DNA of 64,000 bases, taken from positions 1 to 64,000 of IMG/VR virus record IMGVR_UViG_3300042896_000657; one strand, written 5' to 3'. Under the pieces are notes generated by a model. It worked only from the letters and a program-made list of their open reading frames with translations, was not told where the DNA came from and searched no databases. Position 1 is the stretch's first letter. Every line of letters begins with the position of its first letter. The position numbers and the translations under genes are program-made. This document shows positions 19,164 through 29,138 of this stretch, in pieces. This DNA is from a virus.

Positions 19164-20531
19164 ATGACAACATTAAATAGTTTAGACCGATATGGCTCAT
19201 CATTCCAAATCAAAGTATTAGGAGCATTATTAACACAACGACAATTCCTACTAAATATTTCAGATGCTTTAGAGAGTGAATATTTTAGTAATACAGCACA
19301 TCAATGGATTATTGATTTTATAATTAAATACTTTAGCGAGTATCATACAATCCCATCATTAGAAACATTATCTATTGAAGTAAAAAAGATAGATAACGAA
19401 ATATTGCGTATTGCTTTAACTGAGGCGCTACGTGAGGCTTATAAAGCAGCAGATTCAAAAGACTTAGAATATGTTGAAACAGAATTTACAGCATTCTGTA
19501 GTAATCAACAAATGAAAAAAGCATTAATGACGTCTGTTGATTTACTTAATGTTGGGGATTTTGATGGTATTCGAAGATTAATCAATAATGCAATGAAAGC
19601 TGGTGAGGAAAAAAACATCGGTCATGAATATGAATTAGATATTGAAACTCGCTATAGATTAAATGATAGAAATGCAATTCCCTTCCCATGGCCTGTATTT
19701 AATGATTTAACACAAGGAGGTGTTGGTAAAGGTGATTTAGTATTAATGTTTGGTAATCCAGGTGGTGGTAAATCATGGGCTGTAATTGCAATGGGTGCAT
19801 TCGCTGCAGCATTAGGTTATAATGTTATCCATTATACATTAGAATTAGGTGAAGGATATGTAGGAAAACGATATGATGCTGTATTTTCGGGGATAGCTGT
19901 TGATAAATTAGATGAAAATAGAAAAGCAGTTGAAGAAATTATTAAACAAGTAACAGGAAAAATTGTAATTAAAGAATATCCTCCTAAACGTGCATCTTTA
20001 GAAACAATAGAAGCACACATCCAACAATTAGAGAATCAAAACGAATTTAAACCTGATATTATCATTATTGACTATTTAGATTTATTACGTGGTAAATCTA
20101 GAAAAGAACGTAAAGATGAAATTGATGATGTTTACACTGATGCTAAAGGTTTAGCAAAAACATTAAATATTCCTATTGTGTCTCCATCACAAGCTAATAG
20201 AACAGGTGCTAATAAAAATATTATTGAAGGTGATAATGCTGCAGGATCTTATGATAAAATAATGATTGGAGATATTATAATTTCAGTAGCTAGAAATAAA
20301 AAATCTAAAGTAAATGGTACAGGAATGTGGCACATTATGAAAAATAGATATGGTGCTGATGGTTTAACATTTAAATCCACTATTGATACATCTAATGGTA
20401 AAATTGTTATTGATAGTCAACCTACAGACGATGATGATGAAGAAGTTACACCAACTAAAGTTGGATATTCAAATTTTGATACTGATGATAGAGATATCCT
20501 AAAGAAAAAATTCTTTGAATTGTCCAAATAG
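19164..20531 (+). CDS. Replicative DnaB-like helicase (gp41-like)
   Basis: GNPGGGKS, YTLEL, IIIDYLDLL, SQANR, KNRYG. Confidence 0.92.
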   Translation: MTTLNSLDRYGSSFQIKVLGALLTQRQFLLNISDALESEYFSNTAHQWIIDFIIKYFSEYHTIPSLETLSIEVKKIDNEILRIALTEALREAYKAADSKDLEYVETEFTAFCSNQQMKKALMTSVDLLNVGDFDGIRRLINNAMKAGEEKNIGHEYELDIETRYRLNDRNAIPFPWPVFNDLTQGGVGKGDLVLMFGNPGGGKSWAVIAMGAFAAALGYNVIHYTLELGEGYVGKRYDAVFSGIAVDKLDENRKAVEEIIKQVTGKIVIKEYPPKRASLETIEAHIQQLENQNEFKPDIIIIDYLDLLRGKSRKERKDEIDDVYTDAKGLAKTLNIPIVSPSQANRTGANKNIIEGDNAAGSYDKIMIGDIIISVARNKKSKVNGTGMWHIMKNRYGADGLTFKSTIDTSNGKIVIDSQPTDDDDEEVTPTKVGYSNFDTDDRDILKKKFFELSK

Positions 20532-20563
20532 TATTAATATTTATAAACCCAATAAATAAATTT

Positions 20564-20824
20564 ATGATAAAAATAATACGTTTCACCGCATCGTGGTGTC
20601 AACCATGTAAAATGTTAGCTCCAATATTTGGGGAAATTCAAAATGAAGTTTCTGATGTTATGTTCGAAACAATAGATGTTGATACAAATAAAGATAAAGC
20701 ATCACAATATTTAGTATCTAGTGTACCAACTGTTATAATTGAGAAAGATGGACAAATAGTAAATCGTTTTTCAGGAGTAAAACCAAAAATGGCTATAATT
20801 AGCTTAATAAATCAATACAAATAA
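20564..20824 (+). CDS. trxA: Thioredoxin
   Basis: FTASWCQPCK, SVPT. Confidence 0.93.
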   Translation: MIKIIRFTASWCQPCKMLAPIFGEIQNEVSDVMFETIDVDTNKDKASQYLVSSVPTVIIEKDGQIVNRFSGVKPKMAIISLINQYK

Positions 20825-20848
20825 ATAACTTAATAATTTTTAATTAAA

Positions 20849-22699
20849 ATGGATATCACACAATCGATTTTATCGGATATAACAACCTATATGAAGTATA
20901 GTAAATATATTCCTGAGGTAAAGAGAAGAGAAACATGGGTAGAACTAGTAACCCGAAACAAAGAAATGCATCAAAAGAAATTTCCTCAATTATTTGATGA
21001 AATAGAAAATGCGTATAAACTAGTATATGATAAGAAAGTATTACCTTCAATGCGTTCATTACAATTCGCTGGAAAGCCTATTGAACTTAATAATGCTCGT
21101 ATATTTAATTGTTCTTTTCTTCCTATTGATGATTGGAGATGTTTTAGTGAAATAATGTTTTTACTTTTATCAGGTTGTGGAGTTGGGTATAGTGTACAAA
21201 ATCACCACATTGATAATTTACCAGAAATTAAAGTTCCTGTTAAAACAAAACGTTATTTAGTTGGTGATAGTATTGAAGGATGGGCAGATGCTGTAAGAAT
21301 GCTTACAAAATCATATTTTACAGGAGCACCTCTACCTTTATTTGATTTTAGAGATATTAGAGCTAAAGGAGCTCAATTAATTACAGTAGGTGGTAAAGCA
21401 CCTGGTCCAGAACCATTAAAAGAATGTTTATTCAACTTACAAAAAGTATTTGATCGTAAACAAAATGGTGATAAGTTAACATCAGTTGAAGCTCATGATA
21501 TGGCTTGCCATATTGCTGATGCTGTATTATCTGGTGGAATTAGAAGAGCAGCATTAATAGCATTATTTAATTTAGATGATGAAAATATGTTGACCTGTAA
21601 ATTTGGGAATTGGTGGGAAGAAAATCCTCAACGTGGTAGAGCTAATAACAGTGCTGTTGTAATGCGTCATAAAATTGATGAAGAAGAATTCTTTAAATTA
21701 TGGAAAAAAATTGAATTAAGTGGATCTGGTGAACCAGGTATATATTTTAGTAATGATAAAGATTGGGGAACTAATCCGTGTTGTGAAATTGCTTTAAGAC
21801 CTTATCAATTCTGTAACTTATGTGAAGTAAACGCCTCAACCGTTGAATCACAAGAAGATTTAAATGAAAGAGTTAAAGTAGCAGCATTTATTGGTACATT
21901 ACAAGCTTCATATACAGATTTTCATTACTTAAGAGATATTTGGCGTAAAACCACTGAAAAAGATGCTTTATTAGGAGTTGGTATGACAGGTATTGGTTCA
22001 GGTGCAGTATTAAATTTAGATTTGAAAAAAGCAGCAGATGTTGCTAAAGAAGAAAATGCAAGAGTAGCAGAAGTATTAGGGATTAATAAAGCAGCTCGTG
22101 TAACTACAGTAAAACCATCAGGAACTTCATCATTAGTGTTAGGTACTTCATCAGGTATTCACGCTTGGCATAATGATTATTATGTTCGCCGTATCCGCGT
22201 AGGTAAAAATGAAGCAATTTATAATTATCTAGCAATTAACCATCCTGAACTAGTTGAAGATGATTTCTTCAAACCAACAATTCAGGCTGTAATTTCAGTA
22301 CCTCAAAAAGCACCAGAAGGTTCAATTTTAAGAACTGAAAATGTGATTGATATGCTTGAGCGTGTTAAGAAATTTAATATGCAGTGGGTTAAAAAAGGAC
22401 ATCGTAAAGGAGCTAATACAAATAACGTATCCGCTACTGTATCTATTAATGAGAATGAATGGGAACAAGTTGGAAAATGGATGTGGGAAAATAAAGATAC
22501 ATTTAATGGATTATCAGTATTGCCTTATTTTGGGGGTTCGTATGTTCAAGCTCCTTTTACTGATTGTACAGAAGAAGAATTCAACGAAATGGCAAAGCAT
22601 TTACACAATATAGATTTATCTCAAATTATTGAATTTAGTGATGATACAAATTTAATGGACCAGGCAGCTTGTGCTTCAGGAGCGTGTGAAATAGTGTAA
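20849..22699 (+). CDS. nrdJ: Class II (AdoCbl-dependent) ribonucleotide reductase
   Basis: RRETW, PSMR, FNCS, RRAALI, GEPG, TNPCCEI, FCNL, TTVKPSGT, C-terminal ACASGACEI; no beta subunit nearby. Confidence 0.88.
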   Translation: MDITQSILSDITTYMKYSKYIPEVKRRETWVELVTRNKEMHQKKFPQLFDEIENAYKLVYDKKVLPSMRSLQFAGKPIELNNARIFNCSFLPIDDWRCFSEIMFLLLSGCGVGYSVQNHHIDNLPEIKVPVKTKRYLVGDSIEGWADAVRMLTKSYFTGAPLPLFDFRDIRAKGAQLITVGGKAPGPEPLKECLFNLQKVFDRKQNGDKLTSVEAHDMACHIADAVLSGGIRRAALIALFNLDDENMLTCKFGNWWEENPQRGRANNSAVVMRHKIDEEEFFKLWKKIELSGSGEPGIYFSNDKDWGTNPCCEIALRPYQFCNLCEVNASTVESQEDLNERVKVAAFIGTLQASYTDFHYLRDIWRKTTEKDALLGVGMTGIGSGAVLNLDLKKAADVAKEENARVAEVLGINKAARVTTVKPSGTSSLVLGTSSGIHAWHNDYYVRRIRVGKNEAIYNYLAINHPELVEDDFFKPTIQAVISVPQKAPEGSILRTENVIDMLERVKKFNMQWVKKGHRKGANTNNVSATVSINENEWEQVGKWMWENKDTFNGLSVLPYFGGSYVQAPFTDCTEEEFNEMAKHLHNIDLSQIIEFSDDTNLMDQAACASGACEIV

Positions 22700-22701
22700 T
22701 A

Positions 22702-22869
22702 ATGACTAAAAAAACGTTTGAAGAAGGAAAACACTACTATCTTGAAAAAGGGATGGTAGTGTTTACTGAGTTATGGCATCGTAACCGAGGTTATTGTTGT
22801 GGAAATAAATGTAGACATTGTGTTTTTGAACCAAAACATCAAAAAGACAATACTAGATTGTCAAAATAA
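22702..22869 (+). CDS. Small Cys-rich protein (DUF5522-like), not in ORF track
   Basis: MTKKTFEEGKHYYLEKGMVVFTELWHRNRGYCCGNKCRHCVFEP... Confidence 0.75.
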   Translation: MTKKTFEEGKHYYLEKGMVVFTELWHRNRGYCCGNKCRHCVFEPKHQKDNTRLSK

Positions 22870-22887
22870 AAATTGTATATTAAGGTT

Positions 22888-23334
22888 ATGAACATAGAAA
22901 CAGATATCCCTAAATTTACTCCTTCAACATATAATAAATTTTATTGGCATCGTAGGTTTAAACCACGTACTCCACCATTTAAACACCGTCCCTTATTAGA
23001 TAAAATAAAAAATGGTGATTATGATTATTCTGATTATCGTGTTCAAGCATTATATGAAATAGAATTATCCAAAGAAAAAGCAAATACATACCCTACATAT
23101 GCTTATACTGAACGTGATGAAGCATTAAAAATGGGTAGATTACGCCATAATAAATTAATGGAGGATTTCATGAAAGATGAATTTAATCTACTTAAAACCA
23201 TTGAAAAAGAATTCTGTGATGAATTCTATATTAATAAAGAGGATTTTACAAAATATTTAAATGATTGTGATGGTAGTCTAGAGGATTTATACCATACTAT
23301 TAAAGAAAATACATTATATAAATTTACAAAATGA
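22888..23334 (+). CDS. Hypothetical protein
   Basis: ORF; ATG 22888 follows a TGTCA..TATATT promoter-like motif. Confidence 0.6.
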   Translation: MNIETDIPKFTPSTYNKFYWHRRFKPRTPPFKHRPLLDKIKNGDYDYSDYRVQALYEIELSKEKANTYPTYAYTERDEALKMGRLRHNKLMEDFMKDEFNLLKTIEKEFCDEFYINKEDFTKYLNDCDGSLEDLYHTIKENTLYKFTK

Positions 23335-23492
23335 AAGACCCCTTAAAAGAATTAGAAGAACAATCAAAATCTCTTCAAGAATTTAAAGTTACTGAAGATA
23401 ATCAACAAGATACTTTGAAATCCATAGAAAATTTATTATCTTCAATGGATGAAAAATTAGAATTAATATTTAAATCATTAATAGAAGAATAA
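23331..23492 (+). CDS. Small coiled-coil hypothetical protein (53 aa), not in ORF track
   Basis: ATGA overlap with upstream stop; fills the gap to the next gene. Confidence 0.55.
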   Translation: MKDPLKELEEQSKSLQEFKVTEDNQQDTLKSIENLLSSMDEKLELIFKSLIEE

Positions 23493-23493
23493 T

Positions 23494-23697
23494 ATGGAAT
23501 ATTTAGGTGGAATTTTGGGAATTGTTGCTATAATTTGTTTAGCATGTTTATTGTTAGGTTTACCTCTAATGTTATTATGGAATTGGTTAATACCTATGTT
23601 ATTTGGTATGCCATATATTACATTCTGGCAAGCAGTAGGATTAAATATCTTATCAACAATATTATTTAAATCAACATCAACAACAACTAATAAATAA
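23494..23697 (+). CDS. Small membrane protein
   Basis: Two hydrophobic segments; LWNWL.P.LFG.P.ITFWQA. Confidence 0.7.
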   Translation: MEYLGGILGIVAIICLACLLLGLPLMLLWNWLIPMLFGMPYITFWQAVGLNILSTILFKSTSTTTNK

Positions 23698-23701
23698 TAA
23701 T

Positions 23702-24172
23702 ATGAGTAAATTTCAATCAACAAAATTATTTGATGGATTCAGTTGTGTATTTCGTCAATGGAGAGCAGAAGGAACACATTGTCGTTTCTTACATGGTTAC
23801 GGAATATCATTTAGAGTATGGTTTGAAGGAGAACTAGACGAACGTAATTGGGTTTGGGATTTTGGACATGCTAAGCGTTCTAAATATATGATTGATGGTA
23901 TGAATCCTAAAGCATGGATGGATTATACGTTTGATCATACTACAATTATAGCTGAAGATGATCCTGGTTTAGGTGGATTTAAAACAATGAATGATTTAGG
24001 CATTATTCAGCTCAGAATTGTCCCGGCTGTGGGGTGTGAAAAATTTGCTGAATATATTTATGATAAATTAAATCCATGGGTTGAAAGTGATTCAAATGGA
24101 AGAGTTAAAATCATACAAGTAGAAGTAAAAGAACATGATAAAAACAGTGCACTGTATATACCAACATTCTAA
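23702..24172 (+). CDS. queD: 6-carboxy-tetrahydropterin synthase
   Basis: C..LHGY, WVWDFG, FDH, E..AEYIY; T-fold. Confidence 0.88.
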   Translation: MSKFQSTKLFDGFSCVFRQWRAEGTHCRFLHGYGISFRVWFEGELDERNWVWDFGHAKRSKYMIDGMNPKAWMDYTFDHTTIIAEDDPGLGGFKTMNDLGIIQLRIVPAVGCEKFAEYIYDKLNPWVESDSNGRVKIIQVEVKEHDKNSALYIPTF

Positions 24173-24785
24173 TCCAACTACTGGGGAAATATTTTATATT
24201 GGTTTAGGTACTAAAGATAGACCATATAGTTTTAATACTGGTAGAAGTAAAGAATGGCAAGAATATATTAATGTTAATGGAAAACCTAAAGTTACTATAC
24301 TTCATGATGGTTTAACTGTTGAAGAAGCAGATAGAATTGAAAGAGAATTAGTATCTAGATTAGGAAGAAAAGGAGTTGATATAGATGGGATATTACTTAA
24401 TAAAAGTTCAGGAGGACAAAAAGGAGCATTAGGAATAAAACAAGATCCTGAAACATTATTGAGGAAAAGTATATCAATGACTGGGAAAAAGATGCATTCT
24501 GATGAACAAAAACAAAAGTGGAGTTTAGAACGAACTGGTAAAAAAACAAATTGGGATCCCAACCACATTAAGGCGGATAAAGGAAGACCTAAACCTCCAG
24601 GATTTATGGGTAAAGGTGCTTCCCCAGTATTACAATATAGTTTAGATGGTAAATTTATTAAAGAATGGCCTAACCAAAAGGAAGTATTTGATAAATTAGG
24701 AATAAAATCATCATCAATATGGAGTAATATAAAAGGTATTACAAAACAAGCTGGAGGGTTTGTTTGGAAATACAAAACAAATTAA
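24135..24785 (+). CDS. GIY-YIG-type homing endonuclease with NUMOD-like C-terminus
   Basis: IYQH..FYIGLG..R, E.ELV, LLN...GG; QYSLDGKFIKEW...AGGFVWKY. Confidence 0.8.
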   Translation: MIKTVHCIYQHSNPTTGEIFYIGLGTKDRPYSFNTGRSKEWQEYINVNGKPKVTILHDGLTVEEADRIERELVSRLGRKGVDIDGILLNKSSGGQKGALGIKQDPETLLRKSISMTGKKMHSDEQKQKWSLERTGKKTNWDPNHIKADKGRPKPPGFMGKGASPVLQYSLDGKFIKEWPNQKEVFDKLGIKSSSIWSNIKGITKQAGGFVWKYKTN

Positions 24786-24808
24786 TTAAATTAAATAAAT
24801 ATAAAAAT

Positions 24809-25060
24809 ATGAGTTATGATAATTTCTATAAAATATTAGCAGATAAAAATAAACCTGAAGATCCATCAATAGCAAATTTAGAAAATAGAAGTTATGATGA
24901 TATAGATTGGTTAAATAAGCTTAACGCACCAATAGAGAAAAAAATTAAATATTGGAAAAAAAGATATAATAATGCCTCTAGTTGGTTAGGTAAATGGTAT
25001 TGTCAGCTTCAAATAGATAAATTTAAAAATAAATTAACCCATTATGTCGATAAAAATTAG
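24809..25060 (+). CDS. Hypothetical protein
   Basis: ORF; ATG 24809 preferred over overlapping TTG 24764. Confidence 0.5.
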   Translation: MSYDNFYKILADKNKPEDPSIANLENRSYDDIDWLNKLNAPIEKKIKYWKKRYNNASSWLGKWYCQLQIDKFKNKLTHYVDKN

Positions 25061-25832
25061 TCACGAAGTTCCCTTACAATTACTCCCATGGAGTAAAACT
25101 ATAAATGATTATGAGTATGTATTACCATACTTCTATTACCGCTCTCCAGAATATAAAGAATTCTATTTACAATGTAAACAGGAAGGACGTTTTTCCATTT
25201 TAGACAATGGATTATTTGAAGGCGAAACATACACCACAGAGCAATTAATTGATTTGAATAACGAATTAAAACCCGATATATTCATAGTACCTGACGAGTG
25301 GAATGACTTTCATAAAACATATAGTCATGCTAAAGAATGGTCTGAAATATCTATTAATCCTGAAACTAAATTGATGGTGGTGTTGCAAGGAGAAAAATTT
25401 GATGAAATTAGGTTATTATATAAATTCTGTTATGATATGGGATATCGTCATTTTGCTCTTAATCATTCATCATCATCATATATTAAAGCATTCCCCCATA
25501 AAAATAAATTAATATCTAAGATGATGGGCAGAATTCAGTTAGTAAATTTCATGTATGAATCATTTGATAGAAGTGATGCATATGTACATTTATTAGGTGC
25601 TACTTTACCACAAGAATTTATGTATTATAAAGGATATAAATTTATAAAATCAGTAGATACATCAAATCCTATATTAGTGGGGGCAAAGAAAGAAACATAT
25701 CCTATGTTTGGTTTATTAGATAAACCTAAAGAAACAATGAAAGAATTCTTTGATAAAGATGTAATGCCTAATATAAAAGAAATTCATGATAACGTTAACT
25801 ATTTTAGAAACATTGTAAACTTAAGCAAATAA
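25044..25832 (+). CDS. TGT-fold transglycosylase, DpdA-like (7-deazaguanine insertion)
   Basis: ILDNGLFE, IVPD, VLQG, HLLG, SVDTSNP echo TGT/DpdA motifs; lies between queD and queC. Confidence 0.7.
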   Translation: MSIKISHEVPLQLLPWSKTINDYEYVLPYFYYRSPEYKEFYLQCKQEGRFSILDNGLFEGETYTTEQLIDLNNELKPDIFIVPDEWNDFHKTYSHAKEWSEISINPETKLMVVLQGEKFDEIRLLYKFCYDMGYRHFALNHSSSSYIKAFPHKNKLISKMMGRIQLVNFMYESFDRSDAYVHLLGATLPQEFMYYKGYKFIKSVDTSNPILVGAKKETYPMFGLLDKPKETMKEFFDKDVMPNIKEIHDNVNYFRNIVNLSK

Positions 25833-25833
25833 T

Positions 25834-26394
25834 ATGACATACGAAAATTTTTTAAAAGTAATATTAAGACAACAAGTATTAGATGAGCAAATTAAAGAGG
25901 CTTATAAATTAAAAATTGATTTAATAGAATTTGTAGATAGATATAATGAAATTATTTCTATATTAATTACAGAGATATATGGCGAAGATGGATACGAATG
26001 GTATTCTTGGTTCTGCTATGAAAATGATTATGGTCGTAAAGACTGGAGTTCAAAGGATGGAAAAATTCAATATATTGCTACTGACAAAAGTGGTAATCCA
26101 ATCTGCTATTCATTTGAAACATTATGGGAGTATTTAGAAGAAAATCACTTAATTATAAATAAAGAAAAAACAGACGTTATGAAAGAAACAAAAGAAGAAT
26201 TTATCTCCCTATATGATTTTGTAGGACATAAAGATGAAAAAGGTATTGGTAGAAATTTATACAATTTTGCTATTAACTGTGGAGTTAAACCCGGAAAAAG
26301 ACAAATCTCAAACCCTAAATACACAGGAATTGTAAGAACATATCCTAGATTAGTAATTGAACGTTTCTTTGAATTAAAATCTTTAAATAAATAA
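25834..26394 (+). CDS. Hypothetical protein (possibly two fused small domains)
   Basis: ORF within the que cluster. Confidence 0.55.
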   Translation: MTYENFLKVILRQQVLDEQIKEAYKLKIDLIEFVDRYNEIISILITEIYGEDGYEWYSWFCYENDYGRKDWSSKDGKIQYIATDKSGNPICYSFETLWEYLEENHLIINKEKTDVMKETKEEFISLYDFVGHKDEKGIGRNLYNFAINCGVKPGKRQISNPKYTGIVRTYPRLVIERFFELKSLNK

Positions 26395-26395
26395 T

Positions 26396-27277
26396 ATGCA
26401 AAAACATGTTGTAGTTTCACTTTCAGGTGGAATGGATAGTAGTACATTATTGTTACGTTGCTTGAAAGAGTATGATACAGTAACAGCAATTTCATTTGAT
26501 TACGGTCAAAAACACAGAGTAGAACTTGAACGTGCTCAATTACTAGTAGATTATATTAGAGTAGAGTATGCTAAAAGATCGGATAAATGGTCAACACCTA
26601 TAAATTATCGTCAAATTCAATTAAACGGGTTAGTTGATTTATTAGACTCAGCATTAGTAACTGGAGGTCAAGATGTACCTGAAGGACATTATGCTGAGGA
26701 TAATATGAAAGCAACTGTAGTACCTAATCGTAATAAAATATTTGCTTCAATTACTCAAGCAGTAGCATTATCAGTAGCTCAAAGAACTGGAGAAACATGC
26801 GATATAGCAATGGGTATTCATAATGGAGATCACGCTGTTTATTTAGATTGTAGACAAGAATTTAGAGATGCTGATGATCATGCATTTAGAGTAGGTAATT
26901 GGGGTTCTGAAAAAGTAGGATACTTTACACCATATCTTGAAGGTAACAAATTTACAATCTTACAAGATGGAGAAATATTATGTAAAGAATTATCATTAGA
27001 TTTTGATGAAGTATATAGTAGAACTAATACATCTTATAAACCAATTCAATTAGCTAATGATAATACAACAGAACTATACAATCCAAAAACATTCATACCT
27101 AAAATGCCCTTTACTTGGTATTCAGATTATAAATCAGCATCATCTGTAGAACGTATTGAAGCATTTATTAAATTAGGACGTAAAGATCCTGTAGAATATG
27201 CTGATGAAAATGGTGAAGTAGAATGGGAAGTAGCTAAAGCTCATGTTGAAAGAATACTTGAGGAACATCAAAATTAA
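26396..27277 (+). CDS. queC: 7-cyano-7-deazaguanine synthase
   Basis: SLSGGMDS, FDYGQKH..E, VVPNRN, H.GDH..Y.DCR. Confidence 0.93.
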   Translation: MQKHVVVSLSGGMDSSTLLLRCLKEYDTVTAISFDYGQKHRVELERAQLLVDYIRVEYAKRSDKWSTPINYRQIQLNGLVDLLDSALVTGGQDVPEGHYAEDNMKATVVPNRNKIFASITQAVALSVAQRTGETCDIAMGIHNGDHAVYLDCRQEFRDADDHAFRVGNWGSEKVGYFTPYLEGNKFTILQDGEILCKELSLDFDEVYSRTNTSYKPIQLANDNTTELYNPKTFIPKMPFTWYSDYKSASSVERIEAFIKLGRKDPVEYADENGEVEWEVAKAHVERILEEHQN

Positions 27278-27294
27278 GATTGTATATTAAAAAT

Positions 27295-28008
27295 ATGGAA
27301 AATAAAAGACGTAAAATAGCTAATGTAGAATCATTAGAAACAGCACAACCAGGATGTGCAAATGGTATATCCACTCAATTAAATAATCTTCTATCACAAG
27401 ATCAACACCGTTCATTAAACGATGAAGAAAAATGGACTATTGTAGCTAAAGCGGAAAAAGCATATGGTGAATTTCTAGATGCATTAGGAGTAGATTGGAG
27501 AAACGATCCTAACAGTATGGAAACTCCTAAAAGAGTTGCTAAGGCTTATGTATTTGATTTATGGGCTGGTAGATATAATTTACCAAGTGATATAACTGCA
27601 TTTCCAAGTGATGGTTATAGTGGTATAGTATTAGAACGTAATATTCCTGTTACTTCAATGTGTTCACATCACCACCAAGCAATTATTGGTAAAGTACATA
27701 TTGGATATGTACCTGGAAAAGATGGTAAAGTTATTGGTTTATCAAAACTTAATCGCATTGTAGAACATTTTGGTCGTAGAGGTGCTATTCAAGAACAATT
27801 AACAGTAGCTATTCATAATGCTGTAAATACAATTTGTGAAGGAAATGTTGGTGTAATAGTAATGGTCCAAGCAGAACACCAATGTGTATCTTGTAGAGGT
27901 GTTAAACATCAAGGAGCATCTATGGTAACAAGTGAAGTAAGTGGTGTTTTTGCTGATCATAATAAAACTGCAAAAACCGAAGTATTAGAAATGATAAAAT
28001 TAAATTAA
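27295..28008 (+). CDS. folE: GTP cyclohydrolase I
   Basis: ETPKRVAK, SMCSHH, GLSKLNR, QE.LT, HQCVSCRG. Confidence 0.95.
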   Translation: MENKRRKIANVESLETAQPGCANGISTQLNNLLSQDQHRSLNDEEKWTIVAKAEKAYGEFLDALGVDWRNDPNSMETPKRVAKAYVFDLWAGRYNLPSDITAFPSDGYSGIVLERNIPVTSMCSHHHQAIIGKVHIGYVPGKDGKVIGLSKLNRIVEHFGRRGAIQEQLTVAIHNAVNTICEGNVGVIVMVQAEHQCVSCRGVKHQGASMVTSEVSGVFADHNKTAKTEVLEMIKLN

Positions 28009-28009
28009 T

Positions 28010-28531
28010 ATGTTAAACGCAGAACAAATATTAGAACAAGGATTAGTAAAAACAACTAATAGCAAAGGCAAACCAGCGCAAGTGGGATACGATCTATCAG
28101 CAAAATCAATTAATAAAATTGGAGATCCTAATGTTAATAAATCTACACCAGCAATTGGTATGGTATTGAAAGATAAAACAATATTAAATAATTACACTCC
28201 ATCACCACTTACAAAAATTGATGGTGTTGAAGGATGGCTATTATATCCAGGAGCATACGATATAACATTCCATGAAGGATGTAAAATTGCAGCAAATCGC
28301 GTAGGAATGATCCGTCAACGTTCTTCATTATTACGTAACGGAGCAATTATTGCTTCTTCTATCTTTGACCCAGGTTTTGAAACTGAAAATATGGGAACTA
28401 TCATGATTGTAACAGCAACTATTTTTATTGAAAAGGATGCTCGAGTAGGTCAAATGTATTTTCATGAATGTGATGAAGTAGCTGAGGAAAATTTATATAG
28501 CGGTCAATTTCAAAATGACAAACAGAGATAA
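28010..28531 (+). CDS. dCTP deaminase/dUTPase family protein
   Basis: GYDL, RSSLLRNG, FDPGF, RVGQM, Y.GQFQ. Confidence 0.85.
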   Translation: MLNAEQILEQGLVKTTNSKGKPAQVGYDLSAKSINKIGDPNVNKSTPAIGMVLKDKTILNNYTPSPLTKIDGVEGWLLYPGAYDITFHEGCKIAANRVGMIRQRSSLLRNGAIIASSIFDPGFETENMGTIMIVTATIFIEKDARVGQMYFHECDEVAEENLYSGQFQNDKQR

Positions 28532-28775
28532 TATTCTACTAGAAGAGGAGTACTGCTATTACAGCGGTCTTCCTTCTGTTCAGTTTTATGAAAATATAGA
28601 AAAAGAAAAAGTTATGCAAGAAAAAGAATCAAAAACTAATTGGCATTTTAGAATTAGTTTAGCTAAATCATTCCTTAGAATTATTGCTGGAGGTGTATTA
28701 TGTGGTGAATTATTTTTAATAGCTGGAATATTATTAATCGCTGCTGAAGTATTAGGTATAGTAGAGGAGTTTTAA
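28515..28775 (+). CDS. Small membrane protein
   Basis: C-terminal hydrophobic segment ending AEVLGIVEEF. Confidence 0.55.
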   Translation: MTNRDNILLEEEYCYYSGLPSVQFYENIEKEKVMQEKESKTNWHFRISLAKSFLRIIAGGVLCGELFLIAGILLIAAEVLGIVEEF

Positions 28776-28790
28776 ACTCCTTTACTTTTT
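28760..28790 (+). terminator. Intrinsic terminator
   Basis: AGTAGAGGAGTT-TTA-AACTCCTTTACT then T-run. Confidence 0.75.
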
Positions 28791-28814
28791 ATATTTATTA
28801 TTAAATATTTTATT

Positions 28815-29138
28815 ATGGAATTAAATAATAAACAACAATCAAAAGGATTAGGAGATACAATAGCTAAAGTTACTAACTTTTTTGGAATTGATAAAGTGGC
28901 AGACGCTGCCGCTAGATTATTAGGGGCTGAAGGATGTGGATGTGAAGAACGTAAAGAATTATTAAATCATCTATTTCCATACGAAACATCATCACGTCAT
29001 TTTAAAGTTAAAGAACAATTTACATTTTTAGGTAAAGAATTCTTTAAGGATCAAAATATAAAAATAACTAAAACCGATAATATATATTATAACATTATCC
29101 AATTAGTACAGGATGGAAAATTAGAAGAAATAATATAA
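28815..29138 (+). CDS. Conserved phage hypothetical protein
   Basis: SKGLGDTIAK...GCGCEERK..LN motif. Confidence 0.65.
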   Translation: MELNNKQQSKGLGDTIAKVTNFFGIDKVADAAARLLGAEGCGCEERKELLNHLFPYETSSRHFKVKEQFTFLGKEFFKDQNIKITKTDNIYYNIIQLVQDGKLEEII

